From a virus (taxonomy: Duplodnaviria; Caudoviricetes): a DNA stretch of 64,000 nucleotides. The notes below the pieces were generated by a model. That model was given only the letters and a program-made list of their open reading frames with translations, did not search any database and was not told the origin of the DNA. Location: positions 33,019-97,018 of IMG/VR virus record IMGVR_UViG_3300029288_000114, one strand, 5' to 3'. The position numbers and the translations under genes are program-made. Positions within the stretch are counted from its first letter, which is position 1; the number at the start of each line of letters is the position of its first letter. Below are positions 1-9,779 of this stretch, one piece after another.

Positions 1-1
1 T

Positions 2-1009
2 TCATTTAGCAATATAGAATATATATCTACTGGGAGTATAGCGGTTGACTTCGCGCTTGGGCGCAAGGGTGTGCGTTGCGGACTCCCGCGCGGACTCGTT
101 AGTACAATTTGGGGCATAGAGGGTGGCGGTAAAAGCACATTTGTTTCCAGTTGCATCCGTGAAGCGCAGAAGATTGGCGAGGTTGCCGTATTCGACACAG
201 AGCTACGCATCGACCCGTTTTATATGAGCAGCATGGGCGTAGATGTTGATGCGCTAACTATTGGGCAGCCCGACTACGCCAATGGCGTATTCGGGGAACA
301 GCTTGGAGATAGCATCATCGAACTCGCAAAGTCTGGTAGATATGTTATGATTGTGCTGGACAGCGTTGCCGCATGGGTGCCGAAGAACATCGCGGAGGGC
401 GAAGTGTCTGAACACAGTCCTGGGTTGCACGCCAGAATGGTTAGTAAGTTCCTGATGTCGGCAGTGAACCATCTTAAAAAAACCAATACGGCATTAGTAT
501 TTACTAGCCAGAGACGCGCCAAGTTCGGCGGGATGTCTTTCGCCGGGCCATCCTACGAAATATCTGGCGGGAATGCATTGAAGTTCTATTCCTCTGTGTT
601 CGCCAGGATAGATCGCCTTAAGAACATAACTCCGTCTTCCACAGCAAAAGAGGTGATTGGTATTCGTAGCCGTATCACTATGCAAAAGAATTGCGGGCCG
701 GCCTATACGTGGGCAGAGTTCGAGATTACAGACTCTCTTGGATTAGATAAAGCAATTGAGGTGTTTGAGCTTGGCAAACCATTCAATATCGCGTATAGCA
801 AAGGCGCTTGGTATTACTACGTTGATGAGAATGGAGAAGAAATAAGAGCTGGACAGGGGCGCACTAATGCGGTGCAGTTCTTGCGCGACAATCCAGACCT
901 ACTCGAATCGCTACGGAACAGAATAGCAGTCGCAATGAGTGAGCGATATGCTCCGCAGGAATCAGACGTTGAGGGAGACGAAAATGTGGAAAACACCGAG
1001 AGCAATTAA
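2..1009 (+). CDS. recA: RecA recombinase (5' end lies before the window)
   Basis: Frame open from position 2 (ISTGSIAVDFALG..GLPRG); Walker A GIEGGGKS; Walker B IVLDSVAA; GGNALKFYSS; KGAWY and GQGR C-terminal motifs. Confidence 0.95.
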   Translation, partial: SFSNIEYISTGSIAVDFALGRKGVRCGLPRGLVSTIWGIEGGGKSTFVSSCIREAQKIGEVAVFDTELRIDPFYMSSMGVDVDALTIGQPDYANGVFGEQLGDSIIELAKSGRYVMIVLDSVAAWVPKNIAEGEVSEHSPGLHARMVSKFLMSAVNHLKKTNTALVFTSQRRAKFGGMSFAGPSYEISGGNALKFYSSVFARIDRLKNITPSSTAKEVIGIRSRITMQKNCGPAYTWAEFEITDSLGLDKAIEVFELGKPFNIAYSKGAWYYYVDENGEEIRAGQGRTNAVQFLRDNPDLLESLRNRIAVAMSERYAPQESDVEGDENVENTESN

Positions 1010-1466
1010 GGAACTGATCGAAGAATACAACCGTTTATCAGACGAGGATAAAGGGCTGCTTGAAAAAACATCATTGACACGGCTATGTTATTCTTATGCG
1101 AAAAATGAGGACAGGGAAGAGCGAGAGAAACGAAACGCGGATAGAAACGCGAAGCTGCGCGAGATTGCCGAGCGCGAGTTTGTGCCATTCACGTATTGGG
1201 ATGTGCTGTTTGAGTTGCCGGGGAAGCAAACATACGCAATAGAAGTAATTGATTACGAATTCACTGATGGCAACCGCTTCGTCAGCGCGCACGACAAATA
1301 CGGAATATTAATAGTTGCCGAAGACGCGATTATGCTGCGCGCGACAGAAGTTATTGTGGACTCTATTGATCGTCTTCCAGATTGGTGCCCATTATTTAAG
1401 TGCGAGTTCGGCACATATCGAACGTCGCCGCAGTGGGTCAAGGAGAGCGCAAATGCAAATGACTAA
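984..1466 (+). CDS. hypothetical protein
   Basis: ORF overlapping recA end, GAGGGAG RBS. Confidence 0.6.
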   Translation: MWKTPRAIKELIEEYNRLSDEDKGLLEKTSLTRLCYSYAKNEDREEREKRNADRNAKLREIAEREFVPFTYWDVLFELPGKQTYAIEVIDYEFTDGNRFVSAHDKYGILIVAEDAIMLRATEVIVDSIDRLPDWCPLFKCEFGTYRTSPQWVKESANAND

Positions 1467-1920
1467 AGTGTGGGGCAACCGCTTCCGTAAATTACAAGCC
1501 ACTGGTAAGAATACGTTCTCGTACTCCGAAATCTCTGATATGTTCGGCATTGCCACGGCAAACGTGGCACAGAAGTTCAAGGAAATCCGCGAGATCGAGC
1601 CGGACGCAATCACCGAAGCGGAGACAGACGATGACACCAGGCACAAGATGTTCCAATTCGACTATGACATTCTCCTGGGTGAAGCAGATGACGAACCAGA
1701 ACCAGAACCAGAATTCCCCGACTGGATGGCGCGTGGCACATATGACTCCATTATGGAACGCCTAAATCTCGCAAGCGGATATTGGGTGGCTTACGAGCAC
1801 CTGGACTGGGAACGACAATATCAACGTGGCGGTGTAAGGGTTGTAGTATATGAAGACGGTCAAAAAGCTCCAGAGCACGAACGCATATATCGCCTAGACA
1901 ACTGTATCATAGTCAATTAA
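1453..1920 (+). CDS. hypothetical protein, possible N-terminal HTH
   Basis: AGGAG RBS; SYSEISDMFGIATANV resembles an HTH. Confidence 0.55.
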   Translation: MQMTKVWGNRFRKLQATGKNTFSYSEISDMFGIATANVAQKFKEIREIEPDAITEAETDDDTRHKMFQFDYDILLGEADDEPEPEPEFPDWMARGTYDSIMERLNLASGYWVAYEHLDWERQYQRGGVRVVVYEDGQKAPEHERIYRLDNCIIVN

Positions 1921-1942
1921 CAATAGCATAGCGTGCCAGGAT

Positions 1943-1970
1943 CGGCAATTCTAATTGAGTTGCCGTTTTT
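1943..1970 (+). terminator. rho-independent terminator-like hairpin overlapping the next promoter
   Basis: CGGCAATTC-taatt-GAGTTGCCG followed by TTTTT. Confidence 0.55.
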
Positions 1971-1987
1971 CGTTTCTATGCTATAAT
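1960..1987 (+). promoter_or_regulatory. sigma70-type promoter
   Basis: TTGCCG-N16-TATAAT with extended TG. Confidence 0.6.
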
Positions 1988-1994
1988 GTCACGT

Positions 1995-2654
1995 ATGCCG
2001 GGTTACAAAGATCACAAAACGGTTACTGGTATAGCCAGCGCGCTCACTGCTGGCGGTGTGTTTGTGGGCTATCAAATAACCTATCGCGTAGGCGAATACT
2101 TTGAGTGGTTGCCGCCCGGCTCTGTGGATGAGAAGTTACCTAACACGCTGTTCGTTATGGCATTGATAGCTGCCGGTGTTTATTTCGGCGGCACATTAAA
2201 CAGTCCAGACCTAGACACGCCCAGTACGCCATATAATCATTGGGGCATATTCAGATTTATCTGGTTGCCCTATCAGATAATGATAAAGCACAGATCGCCG
2301 TTCTCGCACTGGCCCGTATTGGCAAGTGTATTTAAGCTGACATATTTGTTCGTTATGCTCAACCTGATTATTGACGTGCTGATCTTAATGGCTAATCTGT
2401 GGTTTATTGCCATTGGCGATTCATTTAGAATCGCCGTGACTGTATGGCAAGTGGCGGCGTTTTTATTTCAGCCGTTACGGTATCCGGTCGTGTGGGTATT
2501 CATTGTCGGGGATGTGATTGGGGAAACATCCCACATCATCACGGACTGGCTAGACGGGCGCAGGCGAGTTCGGTATTGGGACGATACTGTTCCAACGCTC
2601 TCCGATGGCGAGGTGGATACTCCGCACGACCATCGCAATCGATACGGGGGATAA
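1995..2654 (+). CDS. DUF2227-like metal-binding membrane protein
   Basis: MPGYKDH start, SPDLD, WG..RFIWLPY, HRS..SHWP motifs, hydrophobic segments. Confidence 0.75.
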   Translation: MPGYKDHKTVTGIASALTAGGVFVGYQITYRVGEYFEWLPPGSVDEKLPNTLFVMALIAAGVYFGGTLNSPDLDTPSTPYNHWGIFRFIWLPYQIMIKHRSPFSHWPVLASVFKLTYLFVMLNLIIDVLILMANLWFIAIGDSFRIAVTVWQVAAFLFQPLRYPVVWVFIVGDVIGETSHIITDWLDGRRRVRYWDDTVPTLSDGEVDTPHDHRNRYGG

Positions 2655-3011
2655 ATGAAAACTGCATTTCTGTTGTGTTGCGTTGTGGCTATTGCTATTT
2701 TTGGCTATATAGTCGTAGATGAGTATATGAGCAATAGAACTGTGTCTTTGACCGGACAAGTCACGGCTCTGTCTATGGAGAATGCAGAACTGCGTCGCCA
2801 GCTCGTAGCAAAGAATAATGAGCGTCTATTGTACGAGGCCGCGCAAAAGGATAACGACACCGTGAACTTGATTGCGCAGTGGCATGTCTTTCAACCAGTC
2901 CTGTTGCTTTTAGGCGGGATATGTCTTGCGGTATTCTTGCCCTTGATCTGGATGGGATGGACATATGCGCTGCGGTATTACCTGAGCGCAGTTAGGAAAT
3001 TCGATGAATGA
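2655..3011 (+). CDS. membrane protein with coiled coil
   Basis: Two hydrophobic segments flanking a heptad region. Confidence 0.6.
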   Translation: MKTAFLLCCVVAIAIFGYIVVDEYMSNRTVSLTGQVTALSMENAELRRQLVAKNNERLLYEAAQKDNDTVNLIAQWHVFQPVLLLLGGICLAVFLPLIWMGWTYALRYYLSAVRKFDE

Positions 3012-4419
3012 TCCTAGACTCGAACGCATCCTCAACAGGGCCGCAGACATCATTGAGGGCGCCTGCTATAATGAGGGACTGCCGGTGCGCATTGGCGAGA
3101 GCGACATTGTTGTTCTGGCTAATCAATGCCGCATGTATGCACATCCGTTGCTAGACGCACGCTCCGTAAGGGCTTGGGAGCGTGAGAGGCTTAAGACCGA
3201 GTATCAAGGATATAAGTTCGAGAACGCCTTCCGCAATGTAGCCACAATCAAAACAAAGGCGTACTCAGTCATCAAGGGGATGACTGGATTACCGGCGAAT
3301 AGCGACTTCGGCATTGATGTGGGCGGCGGCGCGATTGTGTTCGATTTTAACCTCACCGATCTAGCCGGAGAACAATACTTCCATCCCCTGATGTACGAAG
3401 ACAGCTCGCGCAAGGGGCAGCTCGTAATTGGGCGCACCCTAGAAAGCGAAGGCGTGGTGGTGAATCCAGAGGGCATAGATCACCATCACATTTTGATGGT
3501 TGGCTCTACTGGCAGCGGGAAAACGGTGCTGGCGAACACACTGATTGGTGCAGCGATCTCTGTATATCCGCCGTCAGAACTGCGCTTGTTCGTGTCATCT
3601 GGTAAAGAGGAAGACATCATCGTGTGGGATGGCGTGCCACACCTGTTGTATAAGCCGTCTCACGATTCCCGCGAGGTTGTGGCAATGCTGTCTTGGGCAA
3701 AGATGGAACGCGAACGGCGTAGCCACTTGCCAGCCCGCGATAAAGGGTTATTGCCGCACATCGTCATCTACATTGGCGAAATCAGTGCGCTACTTGGCGG
3801 CGCTGGCGCATCTGAAATGGAAATCCTGCTTGACGATCTGCTATGTATGGGGCGCTCATCCAAAATTCATCTGTGGGTTACGACACAACGCCCCACCGGG
3901 AAGAAGGTGGGTAGCTCTGATGCCAAAGGGCAATTCAAATTGGTGCTATGCGGCGCTATGCAGAATCCGCAGGATGCCTACATCGCTCTTGGTATGGGGA
4001 AGTCCGGCGCTGAATTTTTGCCTAACAAGGGCGCATTTATTACCAACAACGGCACGCGCTTCCAGGCGGCGTTCCTGGGTGATGACGAGCATCCCGAACA
4101 AATAAACGATCTTGTGGCAACGGCGCGTGGCAAGTGGGGTGAGCCGGAATATATAGAATTAGACGTGGCTGCGGTTGGAGATGTTGAATCAAGCAACCTC
4201 ACGCAAGACATCCTGGATGTGGTCAACACTATCAGGTCGAACAATTTGACCGAGTTAGCCAAGAGTTACATATCAACTGTAATGGGGTGGGGATACAATC
4301 GCGCAAACCGCGTGTGGCTTGAGCTAGAGCGGGTCGGTGTAATCTTGCCGCGCGAGAGCAAGAATGTGCCCGCGCAACTCGATTTAGAAGTAATGAATAA
4401 GGAATATGGAAAGGGTTAG
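3004..4419 (+). CDS. FtsK/SpoIIIE-family ATPase with C-terminal gamma-like winged helix
   Basis: HILMVGSTGSGKT Walker A; GRSSKIHLWVTTQRP; C-terminal MGWGYNRANRVWLELERVGVI; Walker B is degenerate (YIGE). Confidence 0.85.
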   Translation: MNDPRLERILNRAADIIEGACYNEGLPVRIGESDIVVLANQCRMYAHPLLDARSVRAWERERLKTEYQGYKFENAFRNVATIKTKAYSVIKGMTGLPANSDFGIDVGGGAIVFDFNLTDLAGEQYFHPLMYEDSSRKGQLVIGRTLESEGVVVNPEGIDHHHILMVGSTGSGKTVLANTLIGAAISVYPPSELRLFVSSGKEEDIIVWDGVPHLLYKPSHDSREVVAMLSWAKMERERRSHLPARDKGLLPHIVIYIGEISALLGGAGASEMEILLDDLLCMGRSSKIHLWVTTQRPTGKKVGSSDAKGQFKLVLCGAMQNPQDAYIALGMGKSGAEFLPNKGAFITNNGTRFQAAFLGDDEHPEQINDLVATARGKWGEPEYIELDVAAVGDVESSNLTQDILDVVNTIRSNNLTELAKSYISTVMGWGYNRANRVWLELERVGVILPRESKNVPAQLDLEVMNKEYGKG

Positions 4420-4424
4420 ATAGA

Positions 4425-4625
4425 ATGGACGAGAAAACTATTTGCGTTAATCTGTCTCTGTTTGTGGCGCAGTATATAGCATGGGCGCTCAGTTTGATCG
4501 CGTCGTTTGCTGGCGGCGTGGTATTCTGGTCTAGGCACGCCAAATACAACAACGTGTCTAACGAACAACAGCCGCAAATCGCGCAGACTCCGGCGACTCC
4601 TGGACGTCGGGTGCGTTCGGCATAA
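4425..4625 (+). CDS. small membrane protein
   Basis: Single TM segment, sits within the operon. Confidence 0.5.
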   Translation: MDEKTICVNLSLFVAQYIAWALSLIASFAGGVVFWSRHAKYNNVSNEQQPQIAQTPATPGRRVRSA

Positions 4626-4673
4626 GGTTTGCGACACCCGGCAAGGCGGGTAACATAGGGCAACATCCCCCTC

Positions 4674-5207
4674 ATGGAAACATTAACTATCCGCAGATCG
4701 CCATTCGCGGCGCTAAGGTGGCTGGTCAAACCAGCCGCTTTAGTTCTAAGCTGTATCGCAATCATCGTTGGGCTATCAGCAACAAGGGCAACGTATTGGG
4801 TGTTTATTGTCGCTCTTGGCATTGCAATGTTACCGTTGAGCCTAATCATATTGTATCTGAATTTCAATGATTGGGCGAACGATGTCTATACGATAGACAC
4901 GAATGGCGATTTCAGAATAGAATACCGCACATGGCTGCGTTACAGAAGCGGACGGCGCGGGCCGATCTCTGCGTTGCAAGATGCGTGGGTGGTGCAAAAG
5001 GGCGCGACTCGCTTAGTCTTCGGGTTCGGCGACATCTATGTACAGGTGGGGTGGTCGCGTATCCCGTTTTGCTTGCGCGACGTGCAAGACCCGTATGCTG
5101 CGGTTAATGAGATCAAGCGGTTATCGCGTTACTATAGCGGGGATCGCCGAGAAGAACAAGTGGATGCTGTAGGCATCATGCTAGAACAATACCAGGAGCT
5201 AGATTAA
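4674..5207 (+). CDS. membrane protein with bacterial PH-like (bPH_2) domain
   Basis: Two TMs then W.NDVYTI...VQKG..RLVFGFGDIYVQ...DVQDP pattern. Confidence 0.65.
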   Translation: METLTIRRSPFAALRWLVKPAALVLSCIAIIVGLSATRATYWVFIVALGIAMLPLSLIILYLNFNDWANDVYTIDTNGDFRIEYRTWLRYRSGRRGPISALQDAWVVQKGATRLVFGFGDIYVQVGWSRIPFCLRDVQDPYAAVNEIKRLSRYYSGDRREEQVDAVGIMLEQYQELD

Positions 5208-5210
5208 AAA

Positions 5211-8129
5211 ATGACCAAGAGAAAGAAAGCAGAATTATCATTTGAGTTACCAAGCATGGCAGACGATCCGTATAGTGATTTGGATCAGTATTTCCCGACT
5301 CAACTACAGCGTTTTCAGTATCTCGACAAATACTCCCGTTACCGCTACGATCTGGGACGCCGCGAGACGTGGAACGAGACAGTTGATCGAGCCGTTGATT
5401 ATATGCGCTGGCTATCGAAAGGCAAGTTAAGCGAGCGCGACTACAAAGAAATCCATCACGCTATTCTCAACCTGCACGTTATGCCGTCGATGCGCCTATT
5501 GGCGATGGCAGGCGATGCAGCGAAGCGGGACGAGAAAAGCATTATGAATTGTGCGTATGTAGCCATAGACAGCCTTGACGCTCTAGTTGAAATGCTCTCG
5601 CTGTCTATGTCTGGCGTGGGTATTGGGTTTAGCGTAGAAGAGCGTTACACATCGCAACTGCCGCGCATTAAGCGGCAATCCGGCACGTTCTCAGTGTTTA
5701 TAATCCCTGACAGCACAGAGGGCTGGTGTACTGCGCTTAGAGCGGGATTAACCGAGTGGTACAATGGGCGCGACGTAGTGTTTGATTACTCGCAGATTCG
5801 TAAAGCCGGAGAGCCGTTGCGCACTAAAGGCGGACGATCTTCTGGTAGCGGCCCACTGAAAGAGCTGCTCGACTTTACGCGCGGCAAGATTGTGTCGCGC
5901 GGCGGTACGCAGCTTCGCCCTATTGACATCTATGACATCGCCACAAAGATTGGCGATTGCGTGATCCAGGGCGGGGTCAGGCGCGTCGCTACACTCTGTA
6001 TGTTTGACTACGACGACGAGATGATGCTAAACGCCAAGTCCGGCGATTTCTGGAAACACTCGCCGTGGCGCTTCAACTCAAACAACAGCGCGGTTGTAGA
6101 GAAAGAGCTTTCATTGGATGAGGTGCGCGACTTTATGCTACGCATGGACGCCAGCAAGAATGGTGAACCCGGTATTGTAAACAGGCTGGCGATGAAGAAC
6201 ACAATGCCTGAGCGCCGCAACAAAGAACACGAGTTCGGAACCAATGCGTGTCAACCAGGATGGGCTACTGTATTAACGCCCGATGGCATAAGAACAATTG
6301 ACGACATTGATGTTGGAGATATTATTTGGTCTGGAGAAGGATGGACTGAGGTTGCGCGCAAATTGTCGTCTGGCAACAAATCTGTGTACGCATATAAATT
6401 TAGCAATGGTACATTTGTTGGCACAGACGATCATCACATCTTCTCTGGTGGAGAAGAAGTAGAAGCCGGGGAGGCCGAGTCCGCAGATGGATTGGCTGGT
6501 TTGTTTGCAAACGATATTGTGATTGATCCACAAGATGTTATGGACGGTCTCGTGCTTGGGGATGGCACTGTTCACAAGGCCAGTAACAATTTAGTGTATC
6601 TTATTATTGGCGAGAAAGATATGGATTATTTCAATAGCGAAATCTCGCATTTAATAAAGAGAGACAGAACCGCAGCGTTCAGATTTGGATGGGAGATTGA
6701 TACGACAATATCGGCAAGAGAATTGCCATATACATATTTGCGCAAGGTTCCAGACAGGTTTTTCTATGGTGACAAGAATAAAATCGCCGGTTTTTTACGT
6801 GGGCTTTTTAGTGCAAATGGCAGTGTAGTTGACACAAAAGGCTATTACAGAATAGGGCTAAAGCAATCAAGCGAAACACTTGTAAGACAAGTTCAAATAA
6901 TGCTTTCGTCGCTTGGTATACGGTCATACATAACAATAAACAAACCAAAATCGGTCGAATTTAGAAATGGGGTATATGCCATAAAGCAATCATACGACAT
7001 AAATATATCCACAGACAGACATAAATTCATGACAATTATCGGATTTGTACAAAAGTACAAACAAAGAGGAGCCGACGCAGCTCACGAATCAAGAAAACTA
7101 GTATATGGAACACTGCAAGAAATTGAGCCTCTTGGCGTTATGCCAGTATATGATCTTACCGTACTATGCAATGAACATTCGTATTGGACGGGCGGTATCA
7201 AGGCCAGGAATTGTGGAGAAGTGATTCTTAAAAATGCGGAATTCTGCAATTTATCCAGTGTCGTGTGCCGCCCGGAAGACGATGTTAATATGCTCGTTTA
7301 CAAAGTGCGTGTCGCAACTATTATCGGTACGATTCAATCACTTGCGGAGAATTACGAGGGATTGCGCCCTGTATGGGGCGACAACCAACGCGACGAACGG
7401 CTACTTGGCGTTGACCTTAATGGGCAAATGGACTGCCCGGAAGCGCGCAAACCAGAGGTGCAAGATTTCCTACGGCAGCACGCCATAGATATTAATGCGG
7501 AATATGCCGCAAAGATGGGTATCAACGCATCCGCATCTATTACAACCGTTAAGCCATCGGGGAACAGCGGGGTAATGCTGGACATCTCTAGCGGTTTGCA
7601 CCCGCGTTGGTCGCAGTATTATATTCGCAATGTACGTATCAACAAAGGATCGCCGCTGTATCGCGTGCTGAAAGACTCTGGCGTTAAACTCGTGCCGGAG
7701 AATGGGCAAGAGGAAGAAACAGGAACAACGTTTGTGGCTGGATTCCCAATGAAGTCTCCTGATGGCGCTGTTACTCGTCATGGCATGAACGCCCTTGAGC
7801 AACTAGAATACTGGAAGTCTGTCAAGTTACACTGGACTGAGTTAAACCCAAGCTGTACTATCTACTACAGCGAAGATGAACTTGACAGTGTGATCGAATG
7901 GGTGTATAGTAACCAGGATGTTATCGGCGGGTTATCGTTCTTGCCGCGCTTTGATATGAACTACGAGAACGCGCCGTACATCGAGATTGATGCCGAGACA
8001 TACGAACAGATGTCGGCTGAGTTCCCGAAGATCAAGTGGGGCTTGCTGGCGGAATACGAGAAGTCCGATCTGTCCAGCTCTGGACAGGAAGTGGCGTGCT
8101 CTGCTGGCGTGTGCGATTTCAAACTTTAG
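5211..8129 (+). CDS. nrdJ: class II (B12-dependent) ribonucleotide reductase, intein-containing
   Basis: RRETWNETVDR, MPSMR, NCAY, GGVRR, TNA/CGE split by the intein, FCNLS, TTVKPSG, C-terminal CSAGVC. Confidence 0.93.
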   Translation: MTKRKKAELSFELPSMADDPYSDLDQYFPTQLQRFQYLDKYSRYRYDLGRRETWNETVDRAVDYMRWLSKGKLSERDYKEIHHAILNLHVMPSMRLLAMAGDAAKRDEKSIMNCAYVAIDSLDALVEMLSLSMSGVGIGFSVEERYTSQLPRIKRQSGTFSVFIIPDSTEGWCTALRAGLTEWYNGRDVVFDYSQIRKAGEPLRTKGGRSSGSGPLKELLDFTRGKIVSRGGTQLRPIDIYDIATKIGDCVIQGGVRRVATLCMFDYDDEMMLNAKSGDFWKHSPWRFNSNNSAVVEKELSLDEVRDFMLRMDASKNGEPGIVNRLAMKNTMPERRNKEHEFGTNACQPGWATVLTPDGIRTIDDIDVGDIIWSGEGWTEVARKLSSGNKSVYAYKFSNGTFVGTDDHHIFSGGEEVEAGEAESADGLAGLFANDIVIDPQDVMDGLVLGDGTVHKASNNLVYLIIGEKDMDYFNSEISHLIKRDRTAAFRFGWEIDTTISARELPYTYLRKVPDRFFYGDKNKIAGFLRGLFSANGSVVDTKGYYRIGLKQSSETLVRQVQIMLSSLGIRSYITINKPKSVEFRNGVYAIKQSYDINISTDRHKFMTIIGFVQKYKQRGADAAHESRKLVYGTLQEIEPLGVMPVYDLTVLCNEHSYWTGGIKARNCGEVILKNAEFCNLSSVVCRPEDDVNMLVYKVRVATIIGTIQSLAENYEGLRPVWGDNQRDERLLGVDLNGQMDCPEARKPEVQDFLRQHAIDINAEYAAKMGINASASITTVKPSGNSGVMLDISSGLHPRWSQYYIRNVRINKGSPLYRVLKDSGVKLVPENGQEEETGTTFVAGFPMKSPDGAVTRHGMNALEQLEYWKSVKLHWTELNPSCTIYYSEDELDSVIEWVYSNQDVIGGLSFLPRFDMNYENAPYIEIDAETYEQMSAEFPKIKWGLLAEYEKSDLSSSGQEVACSAGVCDFKL
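6249..7211 (+). mobile_element. intein with LAGLIDADG homing endonuclease (321 aa) in RNR
   Basis: Begins CQPGWATVLTPDG, ends GIKARN before C(+1)GE; DGLVLGDG and FLRGLFSANG motifs; lower GC. Confidence 0.9.
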
Positions 8130-8139
8130 GAGAATAGCA

Positions 8140-8358
8140 ATGGCAAAGCTGAAAATTAGCGGTAAGATTAGCAAGCGACATTTGATTGCGCTGCTCGAAG
8201 ATCGGGTCGAGTGGCTAGAGCGGCGCGTCGAAGAACTGGAGAGGCGTGAAACTGTAGTGTTTGTGCCAACTGTTGTGCAGCCGTATGTTCCGCTATACGG
8301 CACGGACAAAACCAAAGACTTCACAATCACTAGCTTCGGCGACTCGTCCCGTACTTAA
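8140..8358 (+). CDS. hypothetical protein
   Basis: AGGAG RBS, short coiled coil. Confidence 0.55.
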   Translation: MAKLKISGKISKRHLIALLEDRVEWLERRVEELERRETVVFVPTVVQPYVPLYGTDKTKDFTITSFGDSSRT

Positions 8359-8408
8359 AGTACGATACCCACAAAGGTTCGCCAGCGCCAATATTAAGCT
8401 GGCAACAA

Positions 8409-8435
8409 AACAGCCCGGTTAATCGCCGGGCTGTT
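8409..8435. terminator. bidirectional terminator between convergent blocks
   Basis: AACAGCCCGG-ttaatcg-CCGGGCTGTT with A/T-rich flanks. Confidence 0.75.
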
Positions 8436-8448
8436 GTTATTGTGATAG

Positions 8449-9003
8449 TTAGTCTTTGCGCGAATATGCGAAATCCCTAAACGCAGAATACACCCCGAAC
8501 CTCTCTCGCATCTCGGCAAGTACATCATCTCCCGTGAGTTCGTAGATATTCATTACATGACGATTGTACTCGCTGTCGTATAGCTTCTTGCGCCGCTTGT
8601 TGATTTTCTTAACTTCGGCAAACACATCATCGCGCGAAATGCCATATTTCTTTTCCAGATATTTTGCCAGTTCCGGCTGCGAGAGCGCCTTGAATTGACA
8701 GATTGGGCATAACTCTTGCGGAATGTCGCCGTCTAGTTTGTCGCAGTATTCCAGTGCCTCGTCGTCGCTCATTGCGGCGGTGTCCGGTTTAGAGTAAGAC
8801 GCTCGATCAATCCAGGCGCGTGCGAGTTCCGGTGTAACTTCGCCCTCGACAAATTCTTCTAGCAAAGTGTGTTCGTTCTCGCACATCACAAAACCATAGT
8901 CGCGGCGAGAATTGCCGTCCCAAAATGTTTCGCTCTCGCCGCTGATCTCACAGATATAAGTTGTGCTAGAAGAGTTGGTAACAAATCCGTTGCGCTTCTT
9001 CAT
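8449..9003 (-). CDS. NSSS-leader protein 4 (Cys-containing)
   Basis: Starts MKKRNGFVTNSSSTTYIC; CEIS, CENEH and CPIC suggest metal binding. Confidence 0.85.
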   Translation of the reverse strand: MKKRNGFVTNSSSTTYICEISGESETFWDGNSRRDYGFVMCENEHTLLEEFVEGEVTPELARAWIDRASYSKPDTAAMSDDEALEYCDKLDGDIPQELCPICQFKALSQPELAKYLEKKYGISRDDVFAEVKKINKRRKKLYDSEYNRHVMNIYELTGDDVLAEMRERFGVYSAFRDFAYSRKD

Positions 9004-9428
9004 AAATAATCCTCTGTGAATGTAATATTCTCGCCGTCTGACATTGCCCTGAGCATTTCGGCGAGCGATTCGTCTGAATGTTCGATGTCAAGATAGTATA
9101 ACGCAAAGCCGTCTTCGAGCATCTTAATTCTCTTGGCATATAAGTCTGCCGCGCCGTCATCGTCATCCATCTCGTAGGCAAGTGCGGCAAGCGTTGATTC
9201 ATGCTTACCGCTATTCCACACTTTCCTCATAATAAAGGCGTCGTATTCGGATTTGGTACGCACCACATCGTCCGCTTTCGTTTCCAGAGTGTCGAGAAGC
9301 ATCTTGTACACATACTTCAAGACCAGATGAGCAGCGACGACAGAATCATCCATGTCTGGCAGGCGCTTGATTGCTAACACAAACGAACTACTGCTACTAT
9401 TGGCAACAAACCCTTGTCTAATTTTCAT
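9000..9428 (-). CDS. NSSS-leader protein 3
   Basis: Starts MKIRQGFVANSSSSSFVL. Confidence 0.85.
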   Translation of the reverse strand: MKIRQGFVANSSSSSFVLAIKRLPDMDDSVVAAHLVLKYVYKMLLDTLETKADDVVRTKSEYDAFIMRKVWNSGKHESTLAALAYEMDDDDGAADLYAKRIKMLEDGFALYYLDIEHSDESLAEMLRAMSDGENITFTEDYL

Positions 9429-9431
9429 AGA

Positions 9432-9779
9432 TCACCACGTCTCGTAGTTTTCCAATAGATCATCTGCTGACATAGAGGAATGCTGATCTTCGTTGCCAGC
9501 CCACACTTGATAATCGCCTCCGTGGATAGTGACGACTGTGCCATCTGGTTCTCTTAAATACTTGTAAACCAAACAATACTCAAAGTCGTATGCAAGCGTG
9601 CCCAGCACATCCAGCATATCTTCGGTAATAGCGAATACATCTTGCCCCTCGCACATATAGTTGCCAAACACAATGTAGTCACCTTTTGACAAGTCGATCT
9701 CTTCTAGCTTGACGCGCTTGCCAATAACAACGAACGAGCTGCTAGAACTATTCGTCACAAAACCAACCCTGATCTTCAT
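9432..9779 (-). CDS. NSSS-leader protein 2
   Basis: Starts MKIRVGFVTNSSSSSFVV. Confidence 0.85.
   Translation of the reverse strand: MKIRVGFVTNSSSSSFVVIGKRVKLEEIDLSKGDYIVFGNYMCEGQDVFAITEDMLDVLGTLAYDFEYCLVYKYLREPDGTVVTIHGGDYQVWAGNEDQHSSMSADDLLENYETW

Noticed and set aside
1693-1713. GAACCA x3 tandem repeat
   Set aside because: Simply encodes an EPEPEP linker
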